A stretch of 64,000 nt of DNA from Bacilli bacterium (lineage in GTDB: Bacteria > Bacillota_I > Bacilli_A > RF39 > UBA660). A program made the position numbers and the translations under genes. Positions 35,404 through 44,769 of this stretch are shown piece by piece (the stretch's first letter is position 1; every line of letters begins with the position of its first letter). The DNA lies in contig JAQWBL010000003.1 of assembly GCA_028706395.1 (NCBI GenBank), positions 14,039 through 78,038 on the forward strand, in the 5' to 3' direction. The notes below the pieces were generated by a model. The model was not told where the DNA came from. It saw only the letters and a list, made by a program, of their open reading frames with translations, and made no database searches.

Positions 35404-36517
35404 AAATAATAAAATAAGTGCTTTTCAATTTGCAGTTATTGGTTTCTTAAGTGGTGCTTCCCTTTTTGAGGGAGTTGCTTCCGTTTTTTTACTTGAAAGT
35501 TCAATGCAAAATTCTTGGATTACGGTGATTATTGCTTTAATTGTTGGATTATTACCAATTGGCCTTATTCTTTATGTTATTAACTATGAACCGGAAAAAA
35601 ATATCATCGAAAAAATAAACCATCTTTTTGGTCCAATCATCGGAAACATTATGAATGTCATCTTAATAGGGGTCACATTTGTTATTTTAATAACTAACTT
35701 GTGGAGCCTAGTCAATTTTGCTGAAGTTAAATATTTAACCGAGACACCTGCTACCGTTATTGCAATACTTTTTATGGCTACGGTTGTTTATTCAACTATA
35801 AAAGGAATTGAAACAATTGCTAGAAGCAGTGAAGTCTTACTTTACTTATTCATAATCTTCCAAATTTTTGTTACCTTTGCACTTATAGGTAATTTAGAAA
35901 TTGATAATTTATTCCCAATTATGGAAAATGGAATATCACCAATTTTAAATGGTTCATTTAAATTTTTAACTTATGTAATTCCATCATTTATGTTATTAAC
36001 TATAATTCCTAAATCAATGGTTGAAGATAATAAAAAAATAACTAAATATGTTATTAATGGATACGTCATTTCAATGCTTGTAATGCTATTATCAATATTC
36101 GTTGTTGTATCAGTTGTTGGACCAAACCTCGCTGATTTATATAGATTTCCTTCATATTATGTAATGAAAAAGATCCATTTGACTGGCTTTGTTGAAAATC
36201 TTGAAAATATTTTATCAATACTTTGGATAATCAATATGTATATATGCATGTCTATTAGTTTACACTATATATCAACGTATCTTAACAACGTTTTTAAAAT
36301 TAAAAGTGATCTAAAGCGAGTAATTAGTATTATAGCCATTGCTGCTATTGCAATATATCTTAAAGATAAATATTACTATAGTTCTGTTGTAGGAATTCTT
36401 ATTGTGAGAAACATTTACCCCTACATAGTAGGAGTAGCAACCTTAATTATTATTAGTATTATTTCAATTAAAATATTTTTCAATAAAAAATCAAAAGAAA
36501 TTCAAAATCAAAGCTAA
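35393..36517 (+). CDS. spore germination receptor B subunit (Spore_permease / APC-like)
   Basis: 374 aa, about 10 TM. ISAFQFAVIGFLSG N-terminus typical of GerAB/GerKB. Confidence 0.85.
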   Translation: MGSKNNKISAFQFAVIGFLSGASLFEGVASVFLLESSMQNSWITVIIALIVGLLPIGLILYVINYEPEKNIIEKINHLFGPIIGNIMNVILIGVTFVILITNLWSLVNFAEVKYLTETPATVIAILFMATVVYSTIKGIETIARSSEVLLYLFIIFQIFVTFALIGNLEIDNLFPIMENGISPILNGSFKFLTYVIPSFMLLTIIPKSMVEDNKKITKYVINGYVISMLVMLLSIFVVVSVVGPNLADLYRFPSYYVMKKIHLTGFVENLENILSILWIINMYICMSISLHYISTYLNNVFKIKSDLKRVISIIAIAAIAIYLKDKYYYSSVVGILIVRNIYPYIVGVATLIIISIISIKIFFNKKSKEIQNQS

Positions 36518-37024
36518 CAAAATTAAGACTAATCCTCCACCTAAGGTTGCATAATGTCCAATATTTTTACTAATTTTTTCTCCAATACTTAACCCAGTAA
36601 AAGTCATTATTGCACTAGTAAGAAAAAAAACAATCGCCACCATTAAATAATTATCATTAATTGCTTTTAAACCAGTTCCTAAAGTAAAACTATCAATACT
36701 TACAGCTAAGGCAAATAAAAGCATCCCTTTGATATTTAATATCATTAATTTATTTTCCTGCTTAAATGAAGATATAACCATTTCAGTACCAATAAATAAA
36801 AGTATGACTGTCAAAACAATATGAATTTCAATATGCAACAAACTAACGATTTGATCACCTAAAAACATTCCAAGCAAGGGCATGATAAAATGAAAGATGC
36901 CTACAATTAAAGATAGTGTCAATTTATTTTTTCGTTTCATATTAATGGTTCCATAAATTAATGATAATGAAAAAGCATCCATACTAATTGAAAGTGCTAA
37001 AACGAGAATAGTAAAAAGCGACAT
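36491..37024 (-). CDS. MntP/YtaF-family (DUF204) membrane protein
   Basis: 177 aa. Duplicated LSISMDAF / LAVSIDSF motifs. Its 3' end overlaps the convergent gerB-like gene by 27 nt. Confidence 0.7.
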   Translation of the reverse strand: MSLFTILVLALSISMDAFSLSLIYGTINMKRKNKLTLSLIVGIFHFIMPLLGMFLGDQIVSLLHIEIHIVLTVILLFIGTEMVISSFKQENKLMILNIKGMLLFALAVSIDSFTLGTGLKAINDNYLMVAIVFFLTSAIMTFTGLSIGEKISKNIGHYATLGGGLVLILLALILNFF

Positions 37025-37064
37025 AAAAAAACCTCCTAATATATAATATTTAGAGGTTTTTTTT
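37025..37064. terminator. hairpin terminator after spoIIR that also contains the SD of the next gene
   Basis: AAACCTC (37029-37035) pairs with GAGGTTT (37053-37059), with flanking A- and T-runs. On the minus strand the descending arm carries AGGAGG (37032-37037) of the DUF204 gene. Confidence 0.6.
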
Positions 37065-37593
37065 ATATACTAAAATATTTTTTAATAAGCTCTTTTACAA
37101 AAAACTTGTATTCAACTTCCGTTGATTCTTCTGCTTCAATTAAACATAATGGTGGAAATAATACACACCACCAATTGTCACCTAATCCTTCACCAAGGGT
37201 TACTTTCACTGATTCATAATATCCTTCTTCATAAGTTACGCCTTTATATGTCTTTTCAGGAAAATAATTATCACCAAAATTTATATTATATTTTAAATTA
37301 TAATTCTCCTGTTTTAATAAAGTGCCTATTTCCTTATCAATATTATTAAGATTACCTTTAATAATACTCCTAGCTTCATTAATTGAAGTAGTATTACTAA
37401 GTAATTTAATCATACTATGTTGGAGTTTCGTACTAACCTTATTTTTAATGCTTTGATCAGCATTAGAATTGCTATTAGGTATTACTCTAAGTCTAATTGC
37501 TTCATTAGGTATAATAAACTTATTGTCATAAGAATTACTTAAAGATAAATACATAACAGTTACTATTAAGATCAACAATATTCCTTTTTTCAT
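37063..37593 (-). CDS. spoIIR: stage II sporulation protein R
   Basis: Signal/TM, IRLRVIPNSNSNADQSIKNKV, GDNWWCVLFPPLC. Confidence 0.85.
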   Translation of the reverse strand: MKKGILLILIVTVMYLSLSNSYDNKFIIPNEAIRLRVIPNSNSNADQSIKNKVSTKLQHSMIKLLSNTTSINEARSIIKGNLNNIDKEIGTLLKQENYNLKYNINFGDNYFPEKTYKGVTYEEGYYESVKVTLGEGLGDNWWCVLFPPLCLIEAEESTEVEYKFFVKELIKKYFSI

Positions 37594-37597
37594 AAAT

Positions 37598-37634
37598 AAT
37601 CACCTATTCAATGTTGAGCATCAAATAGGTGATT
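37598..37634 (-). terminator. 11-bp hairpin between rlmH and spoIIR, sequestering the spoIIR SD
   Basis: AATCACCTATT-15 nt-AATAGGTGATT, perfect stem. On the minus strand the 3' arm contains AGGTGA, 6 nt before the spoIIR ATG. Only a short U-rich tail. Confidence 0.5.
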
Positions 37635-37640
37635 TATACA

Positions 37641-38093
37641 TTATTTATGATAAGATTCATTTTTTATTATTTTAAACGAACGATATATTTGTTCTAATAA
37701 AAGAACTCTAAATAGTTGATGAGGAAAAGTCATTTTTGAAAAAGATAACTTGTAATTACTTCTTTCTTTAACTTCCGCATGAAGTCCATCAGAACCCCCA
37801 ATGACAAAAGTTATATTAGCATTTGTCATTAATGTTTCATCTATTTTTTTGGATAGTTCAACTGATGATAACATTTTTCCATCTATTTCCAATGTAATAA
37901 CAAAATCATGAATATCAATATTTTTCATTATTTTGTTTTTTTCTTTTTCTAAATCACTACTCTGATTATTATTTTCACTATCTAATTCAATAATCGATAA
38001 CTTTGTATAGCGACTCATTCTTTTACTATATTCTAAGGCAGCATCACGCCAATAATTTTCTTTAAGTTTTCCAATACATATAATTTTAATCAT
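37641..38093 (-). CDS. rlmH: 23S rRNA (pseudouridine1915-N3)-methyltransferase RlmH
   Basis: 150 aa SPOUT protein. IICIGKLK.., FVIGGSDGL. Its ATG overlaps the walJ TGA (ATGA). Confidence 0.9.
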   Translation of the reverse strand: MIKIICIGKLKENYWRDAALEYSKRMSRYTKLSIIELDSENNNQSSDLEKEKNKIMKNIDIHDFVITLEIDGKMLSSVELSKKIDETLMTNANITFVIGGSDGLHAEVKERSNYKLSFSKMTFPHQLFRVLLLEQIYRSFKIIKNESYHK

Positions 38094-38857
38094 AATTTAA
38101 TTAAATCCGTTCTTTTATTTTGTTCAGCAATAATAATTGATTCGACATTTAGATTGTTCTTATTAAGAGTATCAATCAACACATCACGAGCCTTAATAGG
38201 ATCATTCGCTTCTTCACTTAGATGCGCTAAAACGATGTGCTTTGTTTTCGGGCCAATAAACCTTGCCAAATAATTAGAAGCATCGTTATTAGATAAATGG
38301 CCAACATCGCCAAGTATTCTTATTTTCAAATGATGAGGACGACTAGTTTGCATAAGCATTTCCACATCATGATTACTTTCAAGAATATACATGCTTTTAT
38401 TTTGAAGTTTACTATAATATTTATGATTTATATAACCTGTATCAGTAATATAAACAACATTTTTATCTTTACTTTCGAAAATATATCCAAATGACTCCCC
38501 AACATCATGAGAAGTTTTTATTGGAATAATAAGCATATCATCAATTGTTATATCATCATCAATATATACATAATTATTAATTTCAAATCGCTTTATTATT
38601 TCCTCATGAATTTTTTTAGTCAAATAAACAACAGGATTGTATTTTTTACAAAAAACTTTTAAACCATTAACATGATCAATATGACTATGGGTGATAAAAA
38701 TACTATTGATTTGGGCGGGATTCACACCTATTGATTTTAAAGCCGCTTCAGCGTAGGAACAACTTGTACCAATATCAACTAACAATCGATGATTTTCGCT
38801 TGATATATAAGTACAGTTCCCCTTGCTTCCGCTAGCTAAAACACTTATCTGTATGAT
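38090..38857 (-). CDS. walJ: MBL-fold hydrolase YycJ/WalJ, start codon uncertain (non-canonical)
   Basis: The track ORF starts at TTG 38785 (MLVDIGTS), but the frame is open to 38872. The upstream codons encode AIIQISVLASGSKGNCTYISSENHR, the conserved YycJ N-terminus. Only ATC/ATA codons (38855-57, 38852-54, 38846-48) are available as starts. HxHxDH motif THSHIDHVNG. Confidence 0.75.
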   Translation of the reverse strand: MIQISVLASGSKGNCTYISSENHRLLVDIGTSCSYAEAALKSIGVNPAQINSIFITHSHIDHVNGLKVFCKKYNPVVYLTKKIHEEIIKRFEINNYVYIDDDITIDDMLIIPIKTSHDVGESFGYIFESKDKNVVYITDTGYINHKYYSKLQNKSMYILESNHDVEMLMQTSRPHHLKIRILGDVGHLSNNDASNYLARFIGPKTKHIVLAHLSEEANDPIKARDVLIDTLNKNNLNVESIIIAEQNKRTDLIKL

Positions 38858-40302
38858 AGCACATCCATTGGTCTAGTTTTATATCCCCCACCATGAGGTT
38901 TCCCAACCCATAATTCAAAGTGTAAATGCGGACCAGTTGATGCTCCAGTACTCCCCATGTAAGCAATTAAATAGCCACTTGGAACTACTTGACCAACTGA
39001 TACTAAAGCTCTAGATAAATGGGCATATAAACTATAATAACCATTATTATGATTAACGATTATATAGTTACCATAACCACCGGCTTCGTATCCAATTTTA
39101 GTAACTACCCCATTGTTTGCACTATATATATTAGAACCATAACCTAGTGCTATATCTAAAGCTTGATGAAGCTCACGCTTATTAGAAAATGGGTTAGTAC
39201 GATAACCATAATTGGTGGTAATAACATATCCACTTGCAGTTGGCCATGTCCAAGAATAAGAATTACCAATATGTGGTGGATTCTTTTTACCTTTAACAAT
39301 AATTTGGCTAATAGCAGGTTTTAATTCTTCGCTACTAATTGGATCAACATAAACAATAACACCGTTGATAGTTTTTGTTTTTTGAGTAACACGAGTTAAC
39401 CCATCTTCACCTTTTCTAACAATTTCATCATCACCAATAATTCGATCTTCATCATATCTAATTTCCGGCTTGTATTCACTGACAACATCACGAACCATAT
39501 GTTCTTCAACAACAACCCTTATTTGCGGATCAGGAATACCAATCATAACTTTTTGTCCTGGAAATAATAAATTACTCTTGCTATTAAATTCAGGATTAGA
39601 AATTAAAAACTCCTCAATACTTATTTTATTATTGAACGCTACAGTTTCGATTGTATCACCAACCATAACCTTGTATTCTTGTTGACTATCAGTTGTTCCG
39701 AATAATAAAAATTGTGCGAGTTCCGATTTGTCTAAATAGATTTTTTCATCAGTCGGAATATTGGTTTCTTTGAAAGTAATATTATCTTCTAAATAAACAT
39801 TTTCAACAACATTTCCAACTGTTTCAATTTTTAATTGACCATTTGTTTTATATAAATTATATGTGGTTTTTCCAACAAAAGTCTCAATTGTATTTTCAAC
39901 TGCTTCTTCAAATACTTTTGAATCAATAACATATATAGTTCGATTTGAGAACTCATTTTCAATATTAAACTGATAACCTTTTACAGTAAATGGTTTCAAT
40001 TCATTTATTTTGTTATATATTTCTTCTTCAGTACTTACGTTATCACTAAAAGTTATGTTTTTTTTAATTTCCAAAGTTGATGGTCCATAGACCTTATCAA
40101 CTTTATATTTTCGCTTCAAATGTTCTCCACGATCATCAATATATTTTTCTAATTTCGCCTTATCATTAATAATTCCTAAACTTTCACCGTCTAAATAAAC
40201 CTGGTAAAACTCATTAGGATAATTTTGACGATTATAATCAAATCCCAAGAGTAAAAAACTCATAGAGACTAATAATACCATAAAATATCCAACTTTTTTC
40301 AC
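38845..40302 (-). CDS. membrane-anchored M23 peptidase with LysM-like and G5 domains
   Basis: HQALDIAL (HxxxD) and GPHLHFELW. G5-like EIVRKGEDGLTRVTQKTKTINGV. LysM-like YKVMVGDTIETVAF. I prefer GTG 40300-40302 (MKKVGYF), which has SD AGGTGA. Confidence 0.85.
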   Translation of the reverse strand: MKKVGYFMVLLVSMSFLLLGFDYNRQNYPNEFYQVYLDGESLGIINDKAKLEKYIDDRGEHLKRKYKVDKVYGPSTLEIKKNITFSDNVSTEEEIYNKINELKPFTVKGYQFNIENEFSNRTIYVIDSKVFEEAVENTIETFVGKTTYNLYKTNGQLKIETVGNVVENVYLEDNITFKETNIPTDEKIYLDKSELAQFLLFGTTDSQQEYKVMVGDTIETVAFNNKISIEEFLISNPEFNSKSNLLFPGQKVMIGIPDPQIRVVVEEHMVRDVVSEYKPEIRYDEDRIIGDDEIVRKGEDGLTRVTQKTKTINGVIVYVDPISSEELKPAISQIIVKGKKNPPHIGNSYSWTWPTASGYVITTNYGYRTNPFSNKRELHQALDIALGYGSNIYSANNGVVTKIGYEAGGYGNYIIVNHNNGYYSLYAHLSRALVSVGQVVPSGYLIAYMGSTGASTGPHLHFELWVGKPHGGGYKTRPMDVLSYR

Positions 40303-40311
40303 TTCAATCAC

Positions 40312-41655
40312 CTATTTTTCTTCTTCGTTAACATAATTTCTAAATGTACTAGTGTTTTTAATAAACATTAAATCAATCGTTGCAGTTGGACCATTACGAT
40401 GTTTTCCAATAATAAATTCACTTTTACTAGTGTTTTCATCAATTACTGCTTCTTTATTATAATAATCATCACGGTACAAAAACGAAACAATATCAGCATC
40501 TTGTTCAATCGAACCAGATTCCCTTAAATCACTTAATAGTGGTCGCTTATTTTCACGGCCTTCAACAGATCGCGATAATTGCGCAAGAGCGATAACTGGA
40601 ACTTCTAATTCCATCGCCAATGTTTTTAATGAACGTGAAATTTCTGATATTTCCATTTGACGGTTACCAGCATACTTAGCTGAACCACTAATTAACTGTA
40701 AGTAGTCAATTACAATCAAACCAAGTCCATTATTAGAACTTGCTAAACGGCGACATTTCGCACGTATTTCACCAATTGTCATACCTGGAGTATCATCAAC
40801 ATACATCTTGGTATCAGCTAAACGGCTAATTGCCTCATTAACTCTTTTCCAATCATTATGTTCAAGACGGCCAGTTCTTAACTTATTACCATCGATTTGT
40901 CCAAGTGATGCTAGCATTCTCATAGCTAACTGTTCAGCACCCATTTCCATGTTGAAAACAGCTACTGCTTGATCGGTATTAATAGCCACATGACAAGCAA
41001 GATTAAGTGCGAAAGCTGTTTTCCCCATTCCGGGACGTGCTGCAATAATAATTAATTCATTAGGATGTAATCCAGAAGTCAATTTATCTAAATCATAAAA
41101 TCCCGTTGGTAATCCAGTTATTTCTCCTTTTTGTTGTGCTAACTTTTCCAAATCAGATTGAGCTTTAAAAAGAACATCTTGAATCGTTCTAAACTCAGTT
41201 CCTTTTCTAGTTTTAACAACATTTAAGATTTTGCGCTCAGCATTATCAAGAACTTCATTAAGAGATTCAGTTGATGTATAAGCACTTGTAACAATCTCTG
41301 TTGCCTCTTCAATTAATCTTCTTAATGTAGCATTTTCTAAAACAATTTTAATATAAGCATCAATATTAGCAGCACTTGCTACCTTATTAGTAATTTCTGC
41401 TAAATATTCAACATTACCAATTAATTTTAGCCATTGTCTTTTATCAAGTTCTGCTGTTACAGTTGTATAATCAATAACGGTTCCAGCTTCTGCTAAATCA
41501 GCAATAACTGTAAATATTTTACTATGAGCGTCCAAAAAAAACAAATCGCTAGTTAAACTCTCGACACATTTTTGTAATGCATACTTGCTAATAAACATTG
41601 AGCCTAAGACGGCTTGTTCAGATTCTAAATTATGGGGTAGCGTTTTTCCGTTCAT
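40312..41655 (-). CDS. dnaB: replicative DNA helicase (DnaB family; DnaC in Bacillus nomenclature)
   Basis: LPHNLESEQAVLGS, ARPGMGKTAFALN (Walker A), LIVIDYLQL, ALAQLSR. Confidence 0.95.
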   Translation of the reverse strand: MNGKTLPHNLESEQAVLGSMFISKYALQKCVESLTSDLFFLDAHSKIFTVIADLAEAGTVIDYTTVTAELDKRQWLKLIGNVEYLAEITNKVASAANIDAYIKIVLENATLRRLIEEATEIVTSAYTSTESLNEVLDNAERKILNVVKTRKGTEFRTIQDVLFKAQSDLEKLAQQKGEITGLPTGFYDLDKLTSGLHPNELIIIAARPGMGKTAFALNLACHVAINTDQAVAVFNMEMGAEQLAMRMLASLGQIDGNKLRTGRLEHNDWKRVNEAISRLADTKMYVDDTPGMTIGEIRAKCRRLASSNNGLGLIVIDYLQLISGSAKYAGNRQMEISEISRSLKTLAMELEVPVIALAQLSRSVEGRENKRPLLSDLRESGSIEQDADIVSFLYRDDYYNKEAVIDENTSKSEFIIGKHRNGPTATIDLMFIKNTSTFRNYVNEEEK

Positions 41656-41656
41656 A

Positions 41657-42109
41657 CTACACCTTGCTTTCTACTACTAAGTTAACTTCGATTAAAGCTT
41701 TTACTTGTTTATGAAGTTCAATTGTAACTGTATGATTTCCGATTGTTGATAAAGGATTTTTTAAAATAATTTTCTTTTTATCAATATCAAACCCATGTTT
41801 TTTTAATTCACTTGCTATATTTTTATTACTTATACTTCCAAAAACTTTCATTTCAGAACCAGTTTTAACAGGAAATACCAATTTAACTTTTTCTAACTTA
41901 TCTTTTAAAGTTTTAGCACCAATTAATTCTTTAAGTTCAAGTTCATCTTGTTCTTGATTATCTTGCGCTAAACGTTTTACACTAGTTTCGGTTGCTTGGA
42001 CAGCATATCCGTTTTTTATTAAGAAGTTCATTCCGTAACCATCTTTAACGTCTTTAATTTCGCCTTTTTTACCTTGACCTTTTAGATCTTTTATAAAAAT
42101 CACTTTCAT
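41657..42109 (-). CDS. rplI: 50S ribosomal protein L9
   Basis: [30 protein letters not shown]. Confidence 0.95.
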   Translation of the reverse strand: MKVIFIKDLKGQGKKGEIKDVKDGYGMNFLIKNGYAVQATETSVKRLAQDNQEQDELELKELIGAKTLKDKLEKVKLVFPVKTGSEMKVFGSISNKNIASELKKHGFDIDKKKIILKNPLSTIGNHTVTIELHKQVKALIEVNLVVESKV

Positions 42110-42147
42110 CTAATCACCTCAACTATCTATATTATACTATAATTTAG

Positions 42148-43080
42148 CTAAGTTGTCTTACTATTACGAATTTTATTTGCAAGCAATGTTATTTTTTTAA
42201 AACGATGATATAATCCTGACTTAGTTATTTTATTCCCTGTTTCAAGACTAATAATATCACTTAATTCACTAAGCGATGCATCAGGATATTTCAAACGATA
42301 TATTGCCACAATTTTAATTTTATCATCAAGTAGATCAAGTCCCCCAATGCTTTTAATCACATTAATATCATCAACTTGATTAGTAGCAGTAACAATTATC
42401 TTATCAACATTAGCTTGTTCACAATTATTAAGACGATTAGTCATATTTTTATGATCACGATAAATTCTAATATCTTCAAAATATAAAACCGCACTACTAG
42501 CATTAATAATTCTTAAAAAATCGCTTATTTTTTCGGCTTCTTTAACATAAATCATGTATTTATTATCACGCATTAATATTTTGCTATTTAAGAAAAATTC
42601 ATTTAATAACTCACTTATAAACTGAGCATATTCTTTATCATCAACTAAAAATTCTAAATGATATCTAGACTTTTTAGGGTCATTAATACTACCGACAGCC
42701 ATAAACAAACCACGCAAATAAGCCCTTTTGGTTTCCATATCATCCGTAATATAATCTTTTGGAATACTTAGATTGCCATTATTAGTTTCAATACTTAAAT
42801 CGGCTAAGACCGCATCTACTTGTTTAACAATTTCTAAAATATAGTAATAACCCTTACTAAAGTTGTAACCTTTTCTAACCGTCACATTAGCATGTATTTG
42901 ATAAATATCTTTAACTAAATTAAAAATACGACGAGCCACACTAGCATTTTCAGTTGTAATTTTAATCGTTTTATCAATAACTCCAATGTTACGAAAGATT
43001 GCTGACAACTCTGCAATATATTCCATCTCATTAGATTCTAACTTACTAATTTCATTTTTAACAATACTAGTAAATGACAT
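42148..43080 (-). CDS. whiA: sporulation/cell-division regulator WhiA
   Basis: 310 aa. MSFTSIVKNEI.., degenerate LAGLIDADG core (YLRGLFMAVGSI), C-terminal HTH (ITKSGLYHRFKKI). Downstream of yvcK. Confidence 0.9.
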   Translation of the reverse strand: MSFTSIVKNEISKLESNEMEYIAELSAIFRNIGVIDKTIKITTENASVARRIFNLVKDIYQIHANVTVRKGYNFSKGYYYILEIVKQVDAVLADLSIETNNGNLSIPKDYITDDMETKRAYLRGLFMAVGSINDPKKSRYHLEFLVDDKEYAQFISELLNEFFLNSKILMRDNKYMIYVKEAEKISDFLRIINASSAVLYFEDIRIYRDHKNMTNRLNNCEQANVDKIIVTATNQVDDINVIKSIGGLDLLDDKIKIVAIYRLKYPDASLSELSDIISLETGNKITKSGLYHRFKKITLLANKIRNSKTT

Positions 43081-43090
43081 ATAACACCTC

Positions 43091-44035
43091 CTATAATAAA
43101 TGAAGGAAAATATAAGACGCTAATTTTTTATAATCGTGACGAATATTTTCATCAACAATCATTGTAAAATTAGAAGCAATAACTTCAACCCCTAATTTTT
43201 TAACATTTTCTTCATCATAAACAACAGGATCCTTTTGTTCTAATGTTTCATATTTTTTAGTTAAAGCCTCAGATATTGGGCCATTATTTACAACGGCAAT
43301 ATCCACTTGACGTTTACCTAAAAACCTATTTAATAACTTAATGTGATGACTAACATTAAAATTATCAGTTTCCCCAGGTTGAGTCATCATATTACAAACA
43401 TACATTATTTTCGCATTGCTTTTTTCTAATGCTTCAACAACTTCACTACATATTAAATTAGGAATAATGCTGGTAAAAACACTACCCATACTTAAAACAA
43501 TTAAATCTGCTTCTTCAATTTCTTTAATAACATTAGGATTAACGGTTGGCTTTTCTTTATAATAAACACTACTAATAATTAACTCACTTTGAGTAATATT
43601 ATGTTCACCTTCAATAATTGAACCATCTTCCATTTTCCCCATTAAAACAACATTATCTTCAGTCAAAGGAACTACTTTACCTTTCAAGTTTAATACTTTA
43701 GATAATATCTCAATACCTTCTGATAAATTACCACCAATATTTGAAGCCGCTGTTAATAATAAATTACCAACTGTATGGCCATTTAAATCGCTCGTTGTTT
43801 TAAAGCGATAATTAAGCAGTTGTTCAAATAATGGTTCCGTTTCTGATAAAGACACTAACACACGTCTAATATCACCAACAGCAGGAATATTAAACTCCTC
43901 ACGTAAGCGACCAGTACTACTACCATCATCACTAACTGATACAACAGCACTTATATCTATTGGAAACATCTTTAATCCGTTTAGAAGAATTGACAAGCCG
44001 GTTCCTCCTCCTAAAACGACAATTTTCTTTTTCAT
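43091..44035 (-). CDS. glmR: YvcK/GlmR (CofD-like gluconeogenesis / UDP-sugar-binding factor)
   Basis: KIVVLGGGTGLS, VSDDGSSTGRLR, GETDNF. Confidence 0.9.
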   Translation of the reverse strand: MKKKIVVLGGGTGLSILLNGLKMFPIDISAVVSVSDDGSSTGRLREEFNIPAVGDIRRVLVSLSETEPLFEQLLNYRFKTTSDLNGHTVGNLLLTAASNIGGNLSEGIEILSKVLNLKGKVVPLTEDNVVLMGKMEDGSIIEGEHNITQSELIISSVYYKEKPTVNPNVIKEIEEADLIVLSMGSVFTSIIPNLICSEVVEALEKSNAKIMYVCNMMTQPGETDNFNVSHHIKLLNRFLGKRQVDIAVVNNGPISEALTKKYETLEQKDPVVYDEENVKKLGVEVIASNFTMIVDENIRHDYKKLASYIFLHLL

Positions 44036-44095
44036 TTAATCACCTTTATATATTATACTATATTTTAGGACTTTTTTATAATAAATTTGTCAACT

Positions 44096-44120
44096 AAAAA
44101 GATTAACAAACACGTTAATC
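44096..44120 (-). terminator. intrinsic terminator after the GlmU-C gene
   Basis: GATTAAC-6 nt-GTTAATC, perfect 7-bp stem, followed on the minus strand by TTTTT. Confidence 0.6.
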
Positions 44121-44135
44121 AAAATCCAATTAAAA

Positions 44136-44738
44136 CTATTTATTATAATCTTCTTTATTTATTTGTCTTGCTCGTGCAAGTGCTAAAGCATTAGCAGGGA
44201 CATTATCAGTTATGGTCGAACCTGCCGAAACTATTGCATTATTCTCAATTATAACTGGAGCAATCAAATTCGCATTACAACCAATAAAAGCATTATCCTT
44301 TATAATTGTTTTATGCTTATTTTTACCATCATAATTTGCCGTTATTACACCACAACCAATATTGACATTAGAGCCAATTAAAGAATCACCAATATATGAT
44401 AAATGAGGAATCTTTGAATTGCTTTTAATAACCGTGTTTTTAAGTTCAACAAACGAACCAATCTTAACATTATCCCCAATATTGTTGTTTTCCCTTATGT
44501 GAGCATACGGTCCAATCTTATTGTTTTTACCAATCGTACTATCCTTTATTTGAGAATTATATATAATACTATCATCACCAATAATAGAGTCTTTAATATA
44601 AGTTCCCATATGAATAACTACATTATTTCCAATAACAGTTTTACCCTCAATTAGTACATTAGGATATATAACCACATTTTCACCAATTACAACATCTGTA
44701 CCAATATAAGTATTATTTTTATCAATATATTTTACCAT
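44136..44738 (-). CDS. stand-alone GlmU-type left-handed-beta-helix acetyltransferase domain (no uridyltransferase domain)
   Basis: 200 aa. Collinear with B. subtilis GlmU residues about 250-456: [74 protein letters not shown]. Own SD AAAGGTGGTGA; upstream frames are closed. Confidence 0.8.
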   Translation of the reverse strand: MVKYIDKNNTYIGTDVVIGENVVIYPNVLIEGKTVIGNNVVIHMGTYIKDSIIGDDSIIYNSQIKDSTIGKNNKIGPYAHIRENNNIGDNVKIGSFVELKNTVIKSNSKIPHLSYIGDSLIGSNVNIGCGVITANYDGKNKHKTIIKDNAFIGCNANLIAPVIIENNAIVSAGSTITDNVPANALALARARQINKEDYNK

Positions 44739-44769
44739 CTTATCACCACCTTTATTTTATCATATATAC

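Noticed and set aside
37025-37062. yybP-ykoY manganese riboswitch expected upstream of an MntP-family gene
   Set aside because: Only 38 nt lie between spoIIR and the DUF204 gene, fully accounted for by one simple hairpin. This is far too short for the four-helix riboswitch.
37122-39685. Plus-strand ORFs 37122..37349, 38297..38494 and 39470..39685
   Set aside because: They are antisense shadows of spoIIR, walJ and the M23 peptidase gene.
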